Positions 12,601 through 27,600 of a stretch of DNA of 64,000 bases are shown in pieces. This DNA comes from Antedon mediterranea (taxonomy: Eukaryota > Animalia > Echinodermata): NCBI RefSeq assembly GCF_964355755.1, contig NC_092671.1:12524001-12588000 (forward strand). Reading direction: 5' to 3'. How positions within the stretch are numbered: the stretch's first letter is position 1; each line of letters starts with the position of its first letter. A program made the position numbers and the translations under genes. Below the pieces are notes generated by a model. That model made no database searches, was not told where the DNA came from, and saw nothing but the letters and a program-made list of their open reading frames with translations.

Positions 12601-15600
12601 TATCTTAGGAAGATATTATAAAGAGTTTTTTAACAACATTTATGATTTCAACATTAGATTTTCCTCTCAATTTCAATTCTTCCCGGTCAAAGTAATTTCC
12701 GGGTTTAAGATAAGTTCACCTTAGTTTCAAATATTTTCTCTCTTTTATACACAAGGGAGCAGTTAAAATAATAGATTTGACCCTAAAGGTGACTGGAAAC
12801 AGGCACTTTCCATCAATCAATACAGTGTCCCTTTGGAAGACGAAAAAAAAAATTGGCCATTAATCATAGCCATTTCAGTTTTTTGTTTATTTTAAAACAT
12901 ACCACACGTGTGTGAAGGTACAGTAGTTAAATAATAGGAATTATACTGCAAATTAATAAATATCAAATTAAATATACGCCATAAAGAATCAGAATATATT
13001 GTGGGGAATAGTATTATAAAATTACATTTTTCGAGTGAAATCCCGATAGCTGAGTTTTATTGAGTAAGCTTGCAGGAATAACTGTAGGCTATCTTCCTGT
13101 GTCCCGTTAGGACCGAGATGTCTGCCCATGTTGCAAGCCGTAATGTCTTCTTTCTTGGGCCCACTCTGTCACGGCAGTTAGTTTCAAAAGATGATTAAAT
13201 TAAATAATGTATTAATAATTAAAAGGATGGTATTCATTTGAATAAACGCCTCTCCAATAAAACATCACTTTGAATAATAACACCCCCCTCCCCCACAACC
13301 CAACTATCTAATAAACGTCCATCCACATATTTATAATAACACAATTATACTATTTGTAGTAGAATTCACCGCACTGTTATCTGCAATTTACCAAGCATTT
13401 GTTATTCTTTTTTACCACTTTTCATATCTATGAGAGGATTTCATTTGATTATAAATGTTACCATATTATTAGAACTAAAAAATTTAACATATATCCCTCG
13501 AATAAGCACCTCCCTCAAATGACCTCCGCCTCCCCAAAGGGCCCTACCAAACAATAAAAACTATACTTTAAAATGTTATTAATCATCTAAAACACTGTGA
13601 AACAAAGTAGTTTAGTTTTACGAATGTCAAGCATTTTCAATAATGGTAACCGACAGAAAATGTATAAGGAGAACATTATCATTCCGAGAACCATCGTCTA
13701 CACTTCCTAGAGGGGGAGCGAGCGAAGCGAGCTCACCCTCTAGTGTATATTAATTTTATTTTAGACAAGTAGCCCTAATTTATTTATATAACTATTTATA
13801 TTTCAATGTTTAGGGGCTGAACTTGATTAGTTTTAACTATTTTTTAGCCCTTCCCTTGATATAATTATTATTATTTGTATATTACAATGTTTATAATTTA
13901 TATTTATGGGTAAATAAAGAAAGAAAGAAAGAAAGGTTTACACTCAAATATTACAGCACTTAGAGTGTTTTAATAATCACAATTTTGAAACTTAACTTTT
14001 AGATATTTTAGCAACATCAATGAAAGCAATGAATCTTGGCCGAACTTTGATACAGAAGCTTAATAACATGACACCAGTTGACAGTCCAGTCGAAGACAGG
14101 CACGCCACCACCACGGCGTGTTATGCAATAGAGCGTACACTGGAATCATTACAGGACAGGAGACGAGGACTAGAAGATGCTTGGAATAAGCGCCGGCTAG
14201 ATCTAGAACAAAATATAGTCTTATGTAACCTAAACCAAGAGGTTGATGAGGTAGGCAAACTAACACACAAACACACCTTGCTTTTATAAAATTACTAGCA
14301 ATTATACCCGCCCCAGGGCGGGTTTCAAAATTAGTTTAAAGCCTTCTCAGTACATAACACCCGACGCCAGTATCTCCGTATACGCACCAACCGCCATCTC
14401 TTAATAACACCCCACACTCTTTCCAGTGAAGGACAAATTCAATTAAACTTTAGCTTCAAATTGATAGGGCATACATAGCTGTGATAGGCCTATGGCTTAA
14501 GTACGTTGTAAACTGTGTAAATGAGTAGGTGTCATTTGCTGATAATTAAAATATATAATTTTGATACTGCGGTTTAGTTTAATATATGTTATTACATCAG
14601 AATTTTAGAAGTTTTTTGTTTGTTAATGGTTGGTTTACTGGTTTGTATACTAACCAATCATTTATAAAATATTAATTAAAGTATGTTGCATTTAAACGTA
14701 ATTATCCGAGCAATAAATATGGAATATAAAACCAACCACCAAATTTGATGTATAGGCCCACCTGCATAAGCTTTACACAATAATAGAGACTGGCTTTAAC
14801 CAAAGTAAGAAACCTTAAAAATCATAGAATCATAGAAATTCCCCATAGGAATAAGTTTTGACATATTGATACTTTTTAAAGAATATGTTTTTCGAGTTTT
14901 CATGTTACTTTTCACTATGTTGAAATAAACTAAATTACCTTGTTACACAATAAAACAGCTATGTAGTTTGACCCACAATAAATCATCAATCCAGATGTTA
15001 GTAAGCCATTTGCAAACACATAAATTTGTTTTGAGAAGATTTAGTAGTTTAGACTAAAAACAACTGCATGAAAATATATGTGTGTGTTGAATATGATATA
15101 AATAGTGTTATTAATTAAATTTTAATGCTAATGAAAAAATAAGAAATATTTTCAGTTTCTACATTTTCTAATTGTTCATGAAAAAAAAATGAAAACAAAT
15201 TTTATATAGGTTTTTATGCTTTAAATATTTCTATGTAGAAAAATTAAAGAAGTTTTAGTATTTAACTTATGCAACCCTAATGAAATACTTTATTATAATA
15301 TTGCATTACTATGAGACCATATCTATATTTTTTTATAGGTTTCTGATTGGTTTAAGTCCTACGGAGAAGTGCATTTTGATGTTGGAGACAGTATTGAAGC
15401 AACCCGAACACGACTTAAGGACCACGAGCGCTTGCAAGAGTCGTTCAAGGTTTGTAATGACAAGAAAAGATGAAATTAAAATCATATTAGTATTAAGGAA
15501 AAACCAATTATCAGTTTTTATTGTGTGTATAATAAGCTACAGGGAATGTTAGATGATTAAATGCCAGACATAAAAATAGACCAACAAAATGCCTGGGGTA

Positions 15601-18600
15601 GGCCATGCTATCAACAACCATATTTAGTGCGATGGTGAATTTCATGGTAAATCTATATTAACATCTTTGTTTATTTTGAGTTTGTCTGTTGGCATTTCGA
15701 AAAACGAGATGCTTTTGGACGCGAGATGCTTATTGACGAGGCACCGTTTGACGTCATTGATATATATTTTATTATTGTACTCCCTCTGATGGAGTTATTG
15801 CAGAAAACCACTTGATTTATGTTTGCGCTAATTGTTTTTTGAACATCATTGAGTTATCCGTAAGAGTGCACTGCCCACCAATTGGTTCTTGTATCTGGTT
15901 GCCAAAAAACTAAATAAACAAAATATATTCTTAATATTACATCAACTCCAATATTACAGTAGAGTGGTCTAAATTATAAATAAAATAGTATCATTTAAAA
16001 TTTTTTTTAAAAATATAAATTTTGCTATATATACACTATTCAAATTAATGTTATATAATTATATTTCATGAAATTTTTGAAATTATTTTTTAGGAGGTCC
16101 AGACAAAAGTATCCAACATGCATGTTGAGGCAGTAAAAGTATCACCCTCAACGCAACACAAACTACAACTACTCTTGACCCAGACCAGAGGTGTGAATAC
16201 CTTGTGTGATGACTTTGCCGAGAAACTTAATAATTGGCATCAAATACTTACATGTACTTTGGACTTTATGGTTCATACTCAGATGGTAAGATTATATTAA
16301 TGTTGTTAAGTCAAGCTCCCTATATTTCAATGTAAAATACAGCCTGTTCTTCTACCACCCTTTGGCTGGCCCAGTTTCTATAGAATCTAGTTTTCACAAT
16401 CAGCAACATTTTTAGTTTTCTTTAATTCTTTCCACTTTTATTATATTAAATTCTGGACACAATTTTTTTTTCGTTGTATAAAATAATTTGTTTTGTAATA
16501 AAAATAAACGTAAACAACATACTGTATATTTTGCAGGCTATGGAAACACTCTACAAGGTGGAGGTTGAAATACAAAATATTAACCAAGAAGATCGACCAA
16601 AATACTTGAGTACTATACACCATGCTATTGATCCAGTCGTCCAAGAGGGCCAGGTGCTATTAAGCATGCTCACATATCCTACACCAGGAGCTTCTCATAT
16701 TCAAATAACCATTGACAAGCTACAGGTAAAACTTATTCGTATATAACCATTTTTGTCAAAGATATTATCCCAGTTCTATGTTTATTTCATCCCTTAATGT
16801 ATTTCCAAAAGTAGGTAATTAGACTCATGCTTTCTTTTAGAAAGAAAAAATACAAGACTCTTACTTTTTTATATTTTTAGATGGAAGGGGACCGCCTTGA
16901 TAACCAGTGCCTTGATGATTGTGTCCACGAGAATAGTGTAACAGCTGACTTTGAAGAACGATATTCCGTCCTTGTCCGCTGGTTAAGAAATGTGGGTGAT
17001 AACTACTTAGCCACTTACAATGATCCTGGTGACCAACTCACCACAGCGATGGACTTCCTTGAAGGTCATGAGCAGTTAGATGATGATATGCGGGTAAGTT
17101 CAGGCCGTGTTTGTCAGGCTAGGAGCGATTGCACATCTCAGAGGTGAAAATAGCATTAATTAATGTCCGCATTCTGGGCAAACAAGTTTAGTTTTACTAG
17201 TGAGGTTCCCATTTCTAGTATCAGCATCAATGTTATTATGGTATGTAACTTTGGTTCTTCATTAGTCTCCTTCTCACTGCTTATTTATTTTATTTACCAT
17301 AGTAAACATATCTAATATATTTCTACTCCCATCTGCTTTTATTATTATTATTTACTAATACAAGTACCACCGCTTGTAAATACCAGACTAGACTTGTTTT
17401 ATTTACCCCTATTGTTAATCATACTATTGATTTATTTCTGCAGGAGAAGACGAAGGAAGTGGAGAAAGTTTTAAGTGCTACTGCTGATATAATACGCTCT
17501 GGTGCTCCGGACTCATCCTCTGTTCAAGAACGAGCTGATAAACTGCGCCAACAATGGAGCAGAATCACAATCTCAGTGGAAAACCGAATACGTATCGCCT
17601 TGATACTTGTGAAATTTCATAAACTTACTAAAGAGGTAGGATAAGAGTAAAAGCCTATAGTTTGTTATAAAACTATTTTTTAAATGAACAAGAGACTGCA
17701 ATAACCTATTATAATAGAAATAACTATATAATATGATTTTCAAAGTAACAATAAAATTTATCAATTAGAAATATATCAAAACATATTATTTTAGATTATT
17801 TATTGACTTCTTGAATGTGCAATGTCCCTAAGAAACGGGAAAATTGTCTGTATTAGAAGCAGCTATTAGAATTCTTACTGTATTATCATTTCCTTCTTAA
17901 AAATAATCTATTTAAGTTGGTGAATGCAATGGAAAACCTTGAAACACATCTTAAAATAGCAATAAACAGCGAAACTCTACCGCAGAAGACCTCAAATTTG
18001 GAGCTTCAGGAACGATGGAACCATGTAATTGAGTTGTATGTCCAGACAGAAAGCAAAGGAAAGAACTATCTTTCTGAAGCTAACTTTGTAAGTTCATATT
18101 TATATTATATGTACATATGACATAGGACATTCTCTTTTTAGTAAATTCATAGTAAGGTGAGAATGTAACATTATTCCATAACTAATTGAATTATTCAATC
18201 ACCTAAACCTCTGTCTACACTATCAAACTTGATGTGACAAAAAAACATGATTTGCCCATATATAGACACAATGATGTCATATCATTACCATATTTAGGCA
18301 TATTACTACTAAGGTACTACACACTTTTTTGTAAAAATAGTTTGATAGTGTAAACTGTTTTAAACTGTGCCCACTGTATATTCACCTCATCTTCACTTGC
18401 CTACAGTAGAATTACTCTAGAATTTGGAAACACATGATGTACAGCAAACCTCACTATACTAAATTAATCTTGTTATATAAACTTTTTTGTGTAGGTAAGA
18501 GATGATCCTTTAATAGTGCTGCAACCATCAATAAGCACAGTGGAACTTAAGCTTCAGACATATGAAGAACATAAAAATAAATTGACAGACATGTTAGATT

Positions 18601-21600
18601 CATGGCAATTAAACCAAACATTAAGTAAAGACTTTGCCAGCCAGTGGAAACAGTTTGTTGCTGATGCACGACAGGTAATAATTTGTAATTCTATAGCAAT
18701 TAAGAGTTATTAAAATAGATAGATTAAATAGTTTACTGCATTGAATATATACAATCGATTTATAATTTGACAGACAATTAGATGGGTGGAGAGGGTAGAG
18801 GCAGATTTCTTTCCCATGTCTGGAGAGCTTGATGGTGCTTTACATGATACAGACTCACTCCAAACTAAATTTGATGAAATACAACTTACTATGCAAGTAA
18901 GTGTTGCATTTTCATATTACTCTTTTATTCATTACATTTGTTGTCAATTTTATTGTTATGTTTACCATCAAATTTTTGCTATTTTTATAAATTGTTTGTT
19001 TTTTATTATTCAGTTATTCAGTTTTTAACTGCAAGAACAATTGAAATAAATAAACCTCTTGATTGGATTGTTTAATTTTGCTTAAAAGTGTGTTTATTAA
19101 TTTTATTTAAAAAAATAAATTACCAATATTTACTCAAATCAACAGCAATAAAGATATTACACAACAATTTTCCTTACAGAGAATTAATGCAGAGATTGAA
19201 CTGCGGTTAAAAACAGCTGAAATGCTAGCCTTAAAGGGAGACACCAAGGGTGAGAAGGATGCTATCGTTGAAGAGCTGTTAGCAGTGCATGAGGGACTTC
19301 AGGGACGTATCATTGAACTTCAAATCTTACTGACTGTCTCAAAATCATTTTTTGATAATATGAGAAAGGTAAACACAATAGAATCCTGCTTTGGGGAACT
19401 CTTATTTTGGGGACACCTCTATTAAAGGTATACTTGTCTGTGAACTTAACAAGGAGCAATATATGTTTTAACACTACCAGCATGATGGGTCCTGAAGATA
19501 TTATAATATAAGTTCTACTGTATTTTTGTTTGGTATTCTATTTAATACAGTAGTATTGTAATTACATTTTTAAGGTGTTGACGTTGATGAATACAACCGA
19601 GCGATCATTTAAAACAGCTGAGCTACCCAGAAATCAAACACAAAAATCGGTGCTAGTCAAACGACATGAGAAATGTCGTGAAGAGATTATGACACTTTAT
19701 GATTCAACAGCGGCAAGAGCAAATGAAGTTATTCAAAGACTTCAACAGTCTGTAAGTAAAAATAATGTAAATGTCCATATGTGTAATATGTGTAATGATT
19801 TTAATTTTGCTCTTGTTTATTGAAACCCATTCTTATTGGTTTTACTCAAGTTTACAACTGTGCACAATGCATAAAGGGCAGGGTATTTTTTTAAATGTAA
19901 ATAAATCATACTATTGTTATTTTACTGAAATCAGTAAAGCATTAATTATTGACAGTGTATGACTTTTCTACATGTCGTACAATGGTTCCGACCGATTCCA
20001 TTGTTATATTTTACTAGTTGAATTCTAAGTTCTGAAAATTGATTGTTTTTAGGAGAAGCATTCAGGTTCTATTCAAGAGGTAGAAGATGCAATGAAAGGC
20101 GTTGATGATTGCAAGTTACAGTGGTTGGTAAAATGGCGGGAGCATAGAGATAGATTAGAGTCTAGTCATCAGGAAACACAGATCAGCAAAGAAAAAATAC
20201 AGGTAAATAAATCAACAAGCAAAGTACCTACTAAGTTCATCTCTCTAGATTCACAAGATCAACTCTCCCAACACCATCAGACTGGCCTATGACAATTTTA
20301 ATTTTCAATATTTGAGTATAAAGCTCTATCTACACTATCAAACTTGCCATGTGATTGTTGCCTACATTCCTTGTTGTTTTATTATGCTAATTACTTCCTC
20401 ATTTACGTACAACCTGTTCTATTGGTATATAAGTACTCTTGCCGTTGTTTTCTGTTCTGATGATGAGAATAGCTTCTCGAAACATGTCAAGACATTTTAA
20501 GGCAGTTTGCCTATTTATCAAATGCCTCACAATCGTTATTTTAAATCTTTAAATCTTTATGTGACAAAAAAATGTGATGTGCCCATATATGGACATGATG
20601 ATGTCATATCACAACCATATTTTAGCATATCACTGCCATATTTGGGCACATCACACTTTTTTTCGTCAAACTAGTTTGACAGTGTAGATGGAGCATAATA
20701 CATCCCTAAGCAATGCAATGCATACTAATACTATATTATAGTCTATTATGCCATAATTCAATGTTTCACACTGATTATGTTACCATCTCATGGTAAAACT
20801 ACAGACAACTTTTTATTTGATTTCAATTTATATCTATTTCTTTAATACATCCTTTTGGTTCTATTATTAAAGGCTCTTGTTCCAGTAATTGGAGAAAACT
20901 TACTTACATTCATTGTGGAATTAGACTTTAATTTTCTACATAATGTATTACTTATTTTAAATCTTAGTTGATGCGTGACCTTGGTATGGTTGAACTAGAG
21001 TTAAAAGCCATTGAAAATGATTATGGAGACTCAATTCATTCAGTGACACTGATTGTTGAAAAGTGTGAGGATATACTTGTCAATCTTGAGGTAAGTATTA
21101 ATAAATATATCCCAAGTTTCCCAAATTTCGCGGGTTTTTAGGCTTAGGCCTAGCCTAGAGATTCAAAATCTAAGATAACCCACTGTCAGACCCACTGCTT
21201 TTTGTTTTTTTTGCCAAAACAAACATGTTATTTCAGAATTAACACTGCTGGCATTGTTTATAATGACGCCCAACATTTAAACAAAAGCATTTCTTTGGCC
21301 TTTGTTTCACAAATTAACAGCCATCTATCAACTGCCAAGCCAAGCACACATTGTTGTATTGCAAGTGTCACATGAAGTGTCAATAAGAGTAGGGCAGTGT
21401 TCACCCACATGGTGAAAAGAACTTTTTATGTGAAAACGTTAGTTAAACACTGAAAATATTGTCTACTTTATTATTATAAATTATTGTAGGCCTAGGTAGC
21501 TAGGCTATAGTATACCACGCTTGAAAAAAAGTGGCTACTACCAGATGATGTATGCTCGAGAGTTGTATAACTTAATTTTAGCGCCCTCTCTATAAATTGA

Positions 21601-24600
21601 AGTTACAGTATATATAGCACACCCTCTATTGTTTACCCAAAATTTCAGTTTTCAACTTGAATATCACTGTAAAGTACTCAAAAATTTGCCCTGTCTGTGA
21701 CCAGCACTTCAATAAGTAAAGTTGGTTAAGGTACTCCAACTCTGTTGTACTCTGGCAAATAAAAGATTCTGCTGTTCTATATATTGTTAGGAAATTCTAT
21801 TGTTATTACTGTAATTACTTTTCGTGTTCACAATGCGCCATGTAGTAAATGCCTATCAAATAAAAAAATAATTCTGGACGCGCTCATAAACATGGGAAGA
21901 ATGATATGATATGAAATGAAGTCAACTCCTTCTACACAAGTTAACTATTGTAGGCTATAGAAGCTAGAGCTAGCTACACAATCTTTGCGTCGCGTGTGTG
22001 GATCCGATGACTAAGACGTGTAAAGTATCAACAACCGCTAAATGCAAAGTTGAAAGATACAGAAAAAGTGCAATCATTATCTCTTCGAAATGAATGATTT
22101 GTTCTTGCAATACAGTATAACTTTATAATAATAATAATAATGTCTAGGGTAACTATTGTATAGATATTTTGTACTTTTTGATCTTCACGTTGTTTTTAAT
22201 GTTGTAATTTTGTATTTTATTGTTGGATGATTTTGTTTTGCTTTGGAGACCTACTTGATAGTTTGATTTAGTTCGCTTTTGGGAATCCTGTCTCTCTCTA
22301 TTGTTTGTTATTTTTTGTTATAATTATGTGAGACGAAATAAATGAAATGACTGACTACAGTGCAGTACAGTTTTAAAATCTGTTTAGCTTTGTATTTGTA
22401 CTTTTTCTTCGTATCTGTTTATTCCGTTTGTTTCCTGGATGTATAATTTTTACCGTTTTAAATACTTTTAGCGTTTTATACATTTTAATGTAAATACACA
22501 GTAATTCAACTTTAGCTGCTATATAGTGATATTGAATAAAAGAATAAAGATTTGAAGAAGATAAAGGAAACAGGCATGCGCAGTTTAGCCGGTCTATTAG
22601 TTCAAGGGCATGGCAATAACTCTAATAGACCATCGATTGACCAATCAGATGCCAAGAATAGATATAATGTTAGACATTCTGAACTACTTTGAAATGTTGT
22701 ATTTATTTCAGCCTTTGGAAAGGAGATGCAAGACTTTCATCAGCTCAGCACACCTATGCATGCGACAAACACCATCAAGGGCAGGAGAATATTCGCAAGA
22801 TATTGATGAAGTAAATATGTACTTAAGTACACTTCACAGACAAATAGACGAGAAGAAAAGAAGGCTGGAGATTGCTGTAGATGTCTATGAAACATATGAA
22901 TTGGTAAATTAACTATTCAATTCAATTGCAATATATTGTAAACATTTCTATTTCTGTTATATTAAAATGTGTAATAATAATTTGTTAGAAAATAAATCAA
23001 TGCAGTTGACTCTTCCAAATATGGCCACAGAATATTTGGTTTAAATTTCCAGAAAGTCTGGTTTTCAAAATGTATTAAAAAAAGTATGTACAGATTAGAT
23101 GATTTCACTGTATGTAAGCCTGAAATTAGTTTCAACAAGGTTTCACTTTTGTAATGATTTAGTTCTATTGGAATATTAGTAATTTGAATAACAATAGAAA
23201 CATTCATGCTTTGTAATTAACATAGCATTGTTCCAAAAAATGGAAAAATTGTTTATCAATTAAGGAGCTTTAAGTACTTTGCTTTTAAAGTAGTTAGTTT
23301 TACATTACTCCATGGTTTTACCATGGAGAAATAACCTATTTCTCAATGTTTTTATTTTTTTTAAAATTGAGATAACTTGATCTCTAGAACTGTTTGTATA
23401 TTTCCAGTAATTCTTATTTCCATATTATATTATAATTGTTTTTTTTCCATGAACATTCTTATTGTATTTTCCTTATGGTGTAATCTTTAATCTACTATAT
23501 GTCATAACCTTTTTTGTTAATGTGAAAACGCATTTATGTCCTATTACCTTTCTTCAAACAAAGATGTTGAAAATAACAAATGTTTGTATCATAAAGGATT
23601 TCTTTGCTTTTTAAGGCTGTTAAATGGTACAATGATGGTAACAAGTTGTTGGTGGAGGTTGCTGGTGACAGCCAAAATGTCAAGAAATCTGAGGATGCCA
23701 ACCAGCTGTTAGACAAAGTTGCAGACTTCCTTGAAGAAGGACAATGCATGCAGGAAAGCAGACTCGATAAAATCAACTTGCTCACTAAACAGCTCTATGG
23801 TAGGTACTTTGGCAATTCATATTTTTTTTTTATTTAATATTATTTACATATTTGGATATCATCTTAAATAATTTATATAATCTATATTACTTATTTAAAA
23901 AAACTTGTAATATGTGTTAAGATATTAGTTAAGAAAAAAGAAATCTTCATTATTATATGAAAACTGTTGTTTGGAGTTCCTAATTTTGTAATATTTATAT
24001 TTTATATTTTCGTTTTGAGGAGCCTATTTGCTACAATCTATGCTTTTACTTAGGCTCCTCAACTTTATTTAAGTTATTAGTAAAGCTGAAATAAAATGAA
24101 ATAAAATATGTATCTATGAAAAATACCACTTGGAAACAATACAATGGATGATGAATGTATACAAATAAAATAATAATTATTATCTTATTGTCTAATAATA
24201 TTACAGGAAATATTATAGTTGAAATAATATGATAGTATGTGAGTGAATATTTCCTTGAGTAGGTTTATGATGATGACCACAAAGCTATAATTAGAATGCA
24301 TCCATCACAGTTTAGTTATGTAATGTTATTTTGAGTTATTTCTTTTTGTATTTTTTAATATAACAGAAAAACCACCAGCTTTTGTGAGTGAACTAACATA
24401 CCAGAATCGAGAAATGTTGAAAGCATTTAATGAAATTAATGATGAAGTATTTGTCATTGTTGAGAAATTACAAGAGAGTGAATACAAGATGAAACAGGTA
24501 GAGATGGAACAACTGATGACGATAGAAGAACCAAGTTCAAAACATCCAGTAGTACAGGATAAGCCAGTGGCAGAAGAAACTCTTGCAGAATTTGTGTCTC

Positions 24601-27600
24601 ATTCAGAGTCTAGTCCGAGTGTTCGTGAGAAATTCACCGCGCCGTATGGCACACAGGTTGTTGAAGAACAGCTCCAGAGGAAGTTTGTTGAAGAAGACAA
24701 TGCTCTTAAAGAGATTAGATGGCCTGAAAAACGTGATGAATTAGATATTGGTGTCACGGAAATAACAAAGACAGAAGTTGAGGTGATTTATATGCAATTT
24801 ATTTTTAGCAAGTATTGGATTACAAATATAGCTGCTTATAATATTATTCAAAATTGGTATACTTAAATTATTATACTACTATTAAAGACTGCATTATTTT
24901 ATAAAGAATTATGATTTAATAAAGATCAATTCTATACTCATCATATTCTTATATTATAAAGTAGTGTTCTTTCCAACTGTCTATAATATATAAAAACCAG
25001 TGGCGTAACGCAAACATTATATTATAAATGTTTGAGGTTATATTGTTTATTTTAATTCGTTTGTTATTCAAGTGACACTATTTTTGTTTTGTAGTTTGTT
25101 CCAGCACGAGTGCGAGAGGAGCCGTTAGAGCAGGCCGTTATACAGCTCCCTGTAGAAGCCGTACAATTTGATAATATATTCCGTCCAATAACAATGCAGG
25201 ATGCTGAGGAAACATTTGAGGAAACACTTGAAACTACAACTGATGTCTCAGAAACAGAGCCTGATGTTACAGAGCCTTGTCTGCCATATTTCCCAAGAGT
25301 CATTAGAGATGTAGAGACAAGTGAAGGCATGTCTGCTGGTAGGTGACAATTATTTATATAGCGCTTTTTTTTTGACATCATGTTTGCTCCCTGCCAGAAA
25401 CATTTTTATAATAATAAAACTTGTATGACTAAATACAATTATAATGTGCCATTAATAAGATGAAACTTATGTTTTGCTACTATTTTAAATGCAAATTTAT
25501 AAGCAAAAAATACAAATTTCAAAATTGTAACTTTTCTGGAAAGTTTGAAAAGGTCGATTTTAAGTTATTGATACTATTATTGTATTGTGGCATATTAGTA
25601 TATGCATATGCATAATAATGCATGCTACTTTATGTATGTAAACAATGCTTAATTATAATAATTACATACATTTTTTAAAGTATTTGAGTGCATTGTGAAA
25701 GGTGAACCAGAGCCAGATGTGATATGGCTGAAGGATGATGTACAAGTAGATGAGAATGAAGATGTGACTATGGAATTTCATGATGATGATAGCTGTACTC
25801 TGATTTTCCCATTGTGTCAATCTCGTCTGACCGGTACATACACCTGTAAGGCATTTAATGATCATGGTGAAGCAACTTGCTCAGCTGTTCTTACTGTTAC
25901 AGGTATTGTTTTACAAGTTTATTGTTCTCTAAACATGACCAAAATAATCCTTCAACTATAAATCGTTTATAAAATAGAACATAGTGTAGATTCAATTTGC
26001 TATAGATATGCTAACAATCAACATAGTTACCCTTATATTTTCCCCATTAATACTATAATTATGATAAAAGACAAAATTTGTTATTTTATCAATTGGATTA
26101 GCATACTGACTAAAATGCTACTGTGTAATAGATTTGGAAATAGTTTTGTTTAAGAGGAAATTTCTTATTTTTTATTATATTATTTTAAGATTATATTACA
26201 CTAAAAACAGAAATTGTATTAGTTAAACCATTCTATATATTTCCTCCATGGTTAAACATACATTCTCAAATTATTTAAGATTTAGTAATTTGTTTATGAG
26301 TCAAAATGGCAATAAGAATCTGATTATACAATATAAACTTAAACAACAGAGTTTAACTAATCTTTTTCAAGCACGTGATAATGTATATTTTTACCATCAG
26401 TGCTGCTTTGAGGTTCCTCGATCTCTATAATCTGATTTGCATTGCATTGTTCGTCAGTGACTACATCTCTACTCCTTCTTTCTGTATGTCTCTCCATCTC
26501 AGAAATGATGTTAGTAACTTTGTAGTGGTTCCCATTGCCCGTGTTGAGATTGACATTCTCATATTGGTCTTGCGCTTCAGTGTTGTTTTGTGGGATGTTA
26601 GAAGTTCCTCTAGCGATTGTGTCAGTATTTCTTGGAAAGTTTATTTCAGATTGTTGATTGTTTCCATGTTTTCTCTTCAAAAAGTAAAGCAAAACTATCA
26701 CAACAACAGCTAGTATGCTTGTTGTTACTGATAAAACAATTGTGGTTAGCGTTGGTTTACTGTTTTTCTTATTGTCATCTTTGTCTGCAACTGTAAATGT
26801 TACCAAATCAAAGACATTCTGAGCATCAGTACTCACTTCACATTTTAGAGTGTAATGTCCAGCTGGCAGTTGGTAAAAGCATCTTTCTCTATTGTGGTGA
26901 CCATTTCTGTTGGTCAGACCACCATTTAGTGTCCAGTTATGAGCCTTATCATCAGATCCACCTTCTGCAAGGCATTTGAAGCAGCAGTGTTGTCCGCAGT
27001 CATTACGTGTTCCAAAGGTCTTAATGTCAACTTGTAATTTAGGGTGAATTTTTAATATTGATGTATAACACCACTTACCAAAGGTTTGGCTCGTAACACA
27101 AAAGAAAAATATTCCATCACCTGAGTAAAAACCTTCAACAGTCTGGTTAAAATATAGTACACTTTGATTTTGGTCTACATTGTAAGTCTGTGAAATACTG
27201 TAGTTCCTTTGTACCCATCCACTGGTGACATTACGCTCAGCAGAAGCGGTAAAATTTCTTATGCAGTTGAATGTTACTTGCTCTCCCTCAATGAGGTTCT
27301 CTCTTAAGCCATAACATTTATATTTTGGTAAACGTACAGTTTTGGATATATCATCAGTAGATACCAAAGTATGTTCATTGTTTTCATCTGCACATATGTG
27401 TATCCCTTTATCATCTTCTTTATTATAAGATATAAAATGATGACACTTCACTTCATTTAAACTCTGTGTAGATGCTTTTTCTGCATAAATAGTGTACTGG
27501 CTTTTACTCTTGTCAGCCATTTGCCAATTGCTTATAAGCTGGAACGTTTGATTCAATTGTATGAGTCTTATCGGTTGTGAATCTCTCTTTTCTGCATCTT

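Larger units (their letters stand above)
20322..20693. mobile_element. Harbinger-type MITE copy interrupted by a Penelope-like fragment
   Basis: Left TIR at 20322-20344, foreign insert about 20345-20554, then MITE body and right TIR ending gtagatggagc. Confidence 0.75.

Noticed and set aside
21110-22110. GC-richer intronic block with CTCF-like gcgccctct motifs
   Set aside because: Probably an old repeat. I could not define termini or a convincing motif.
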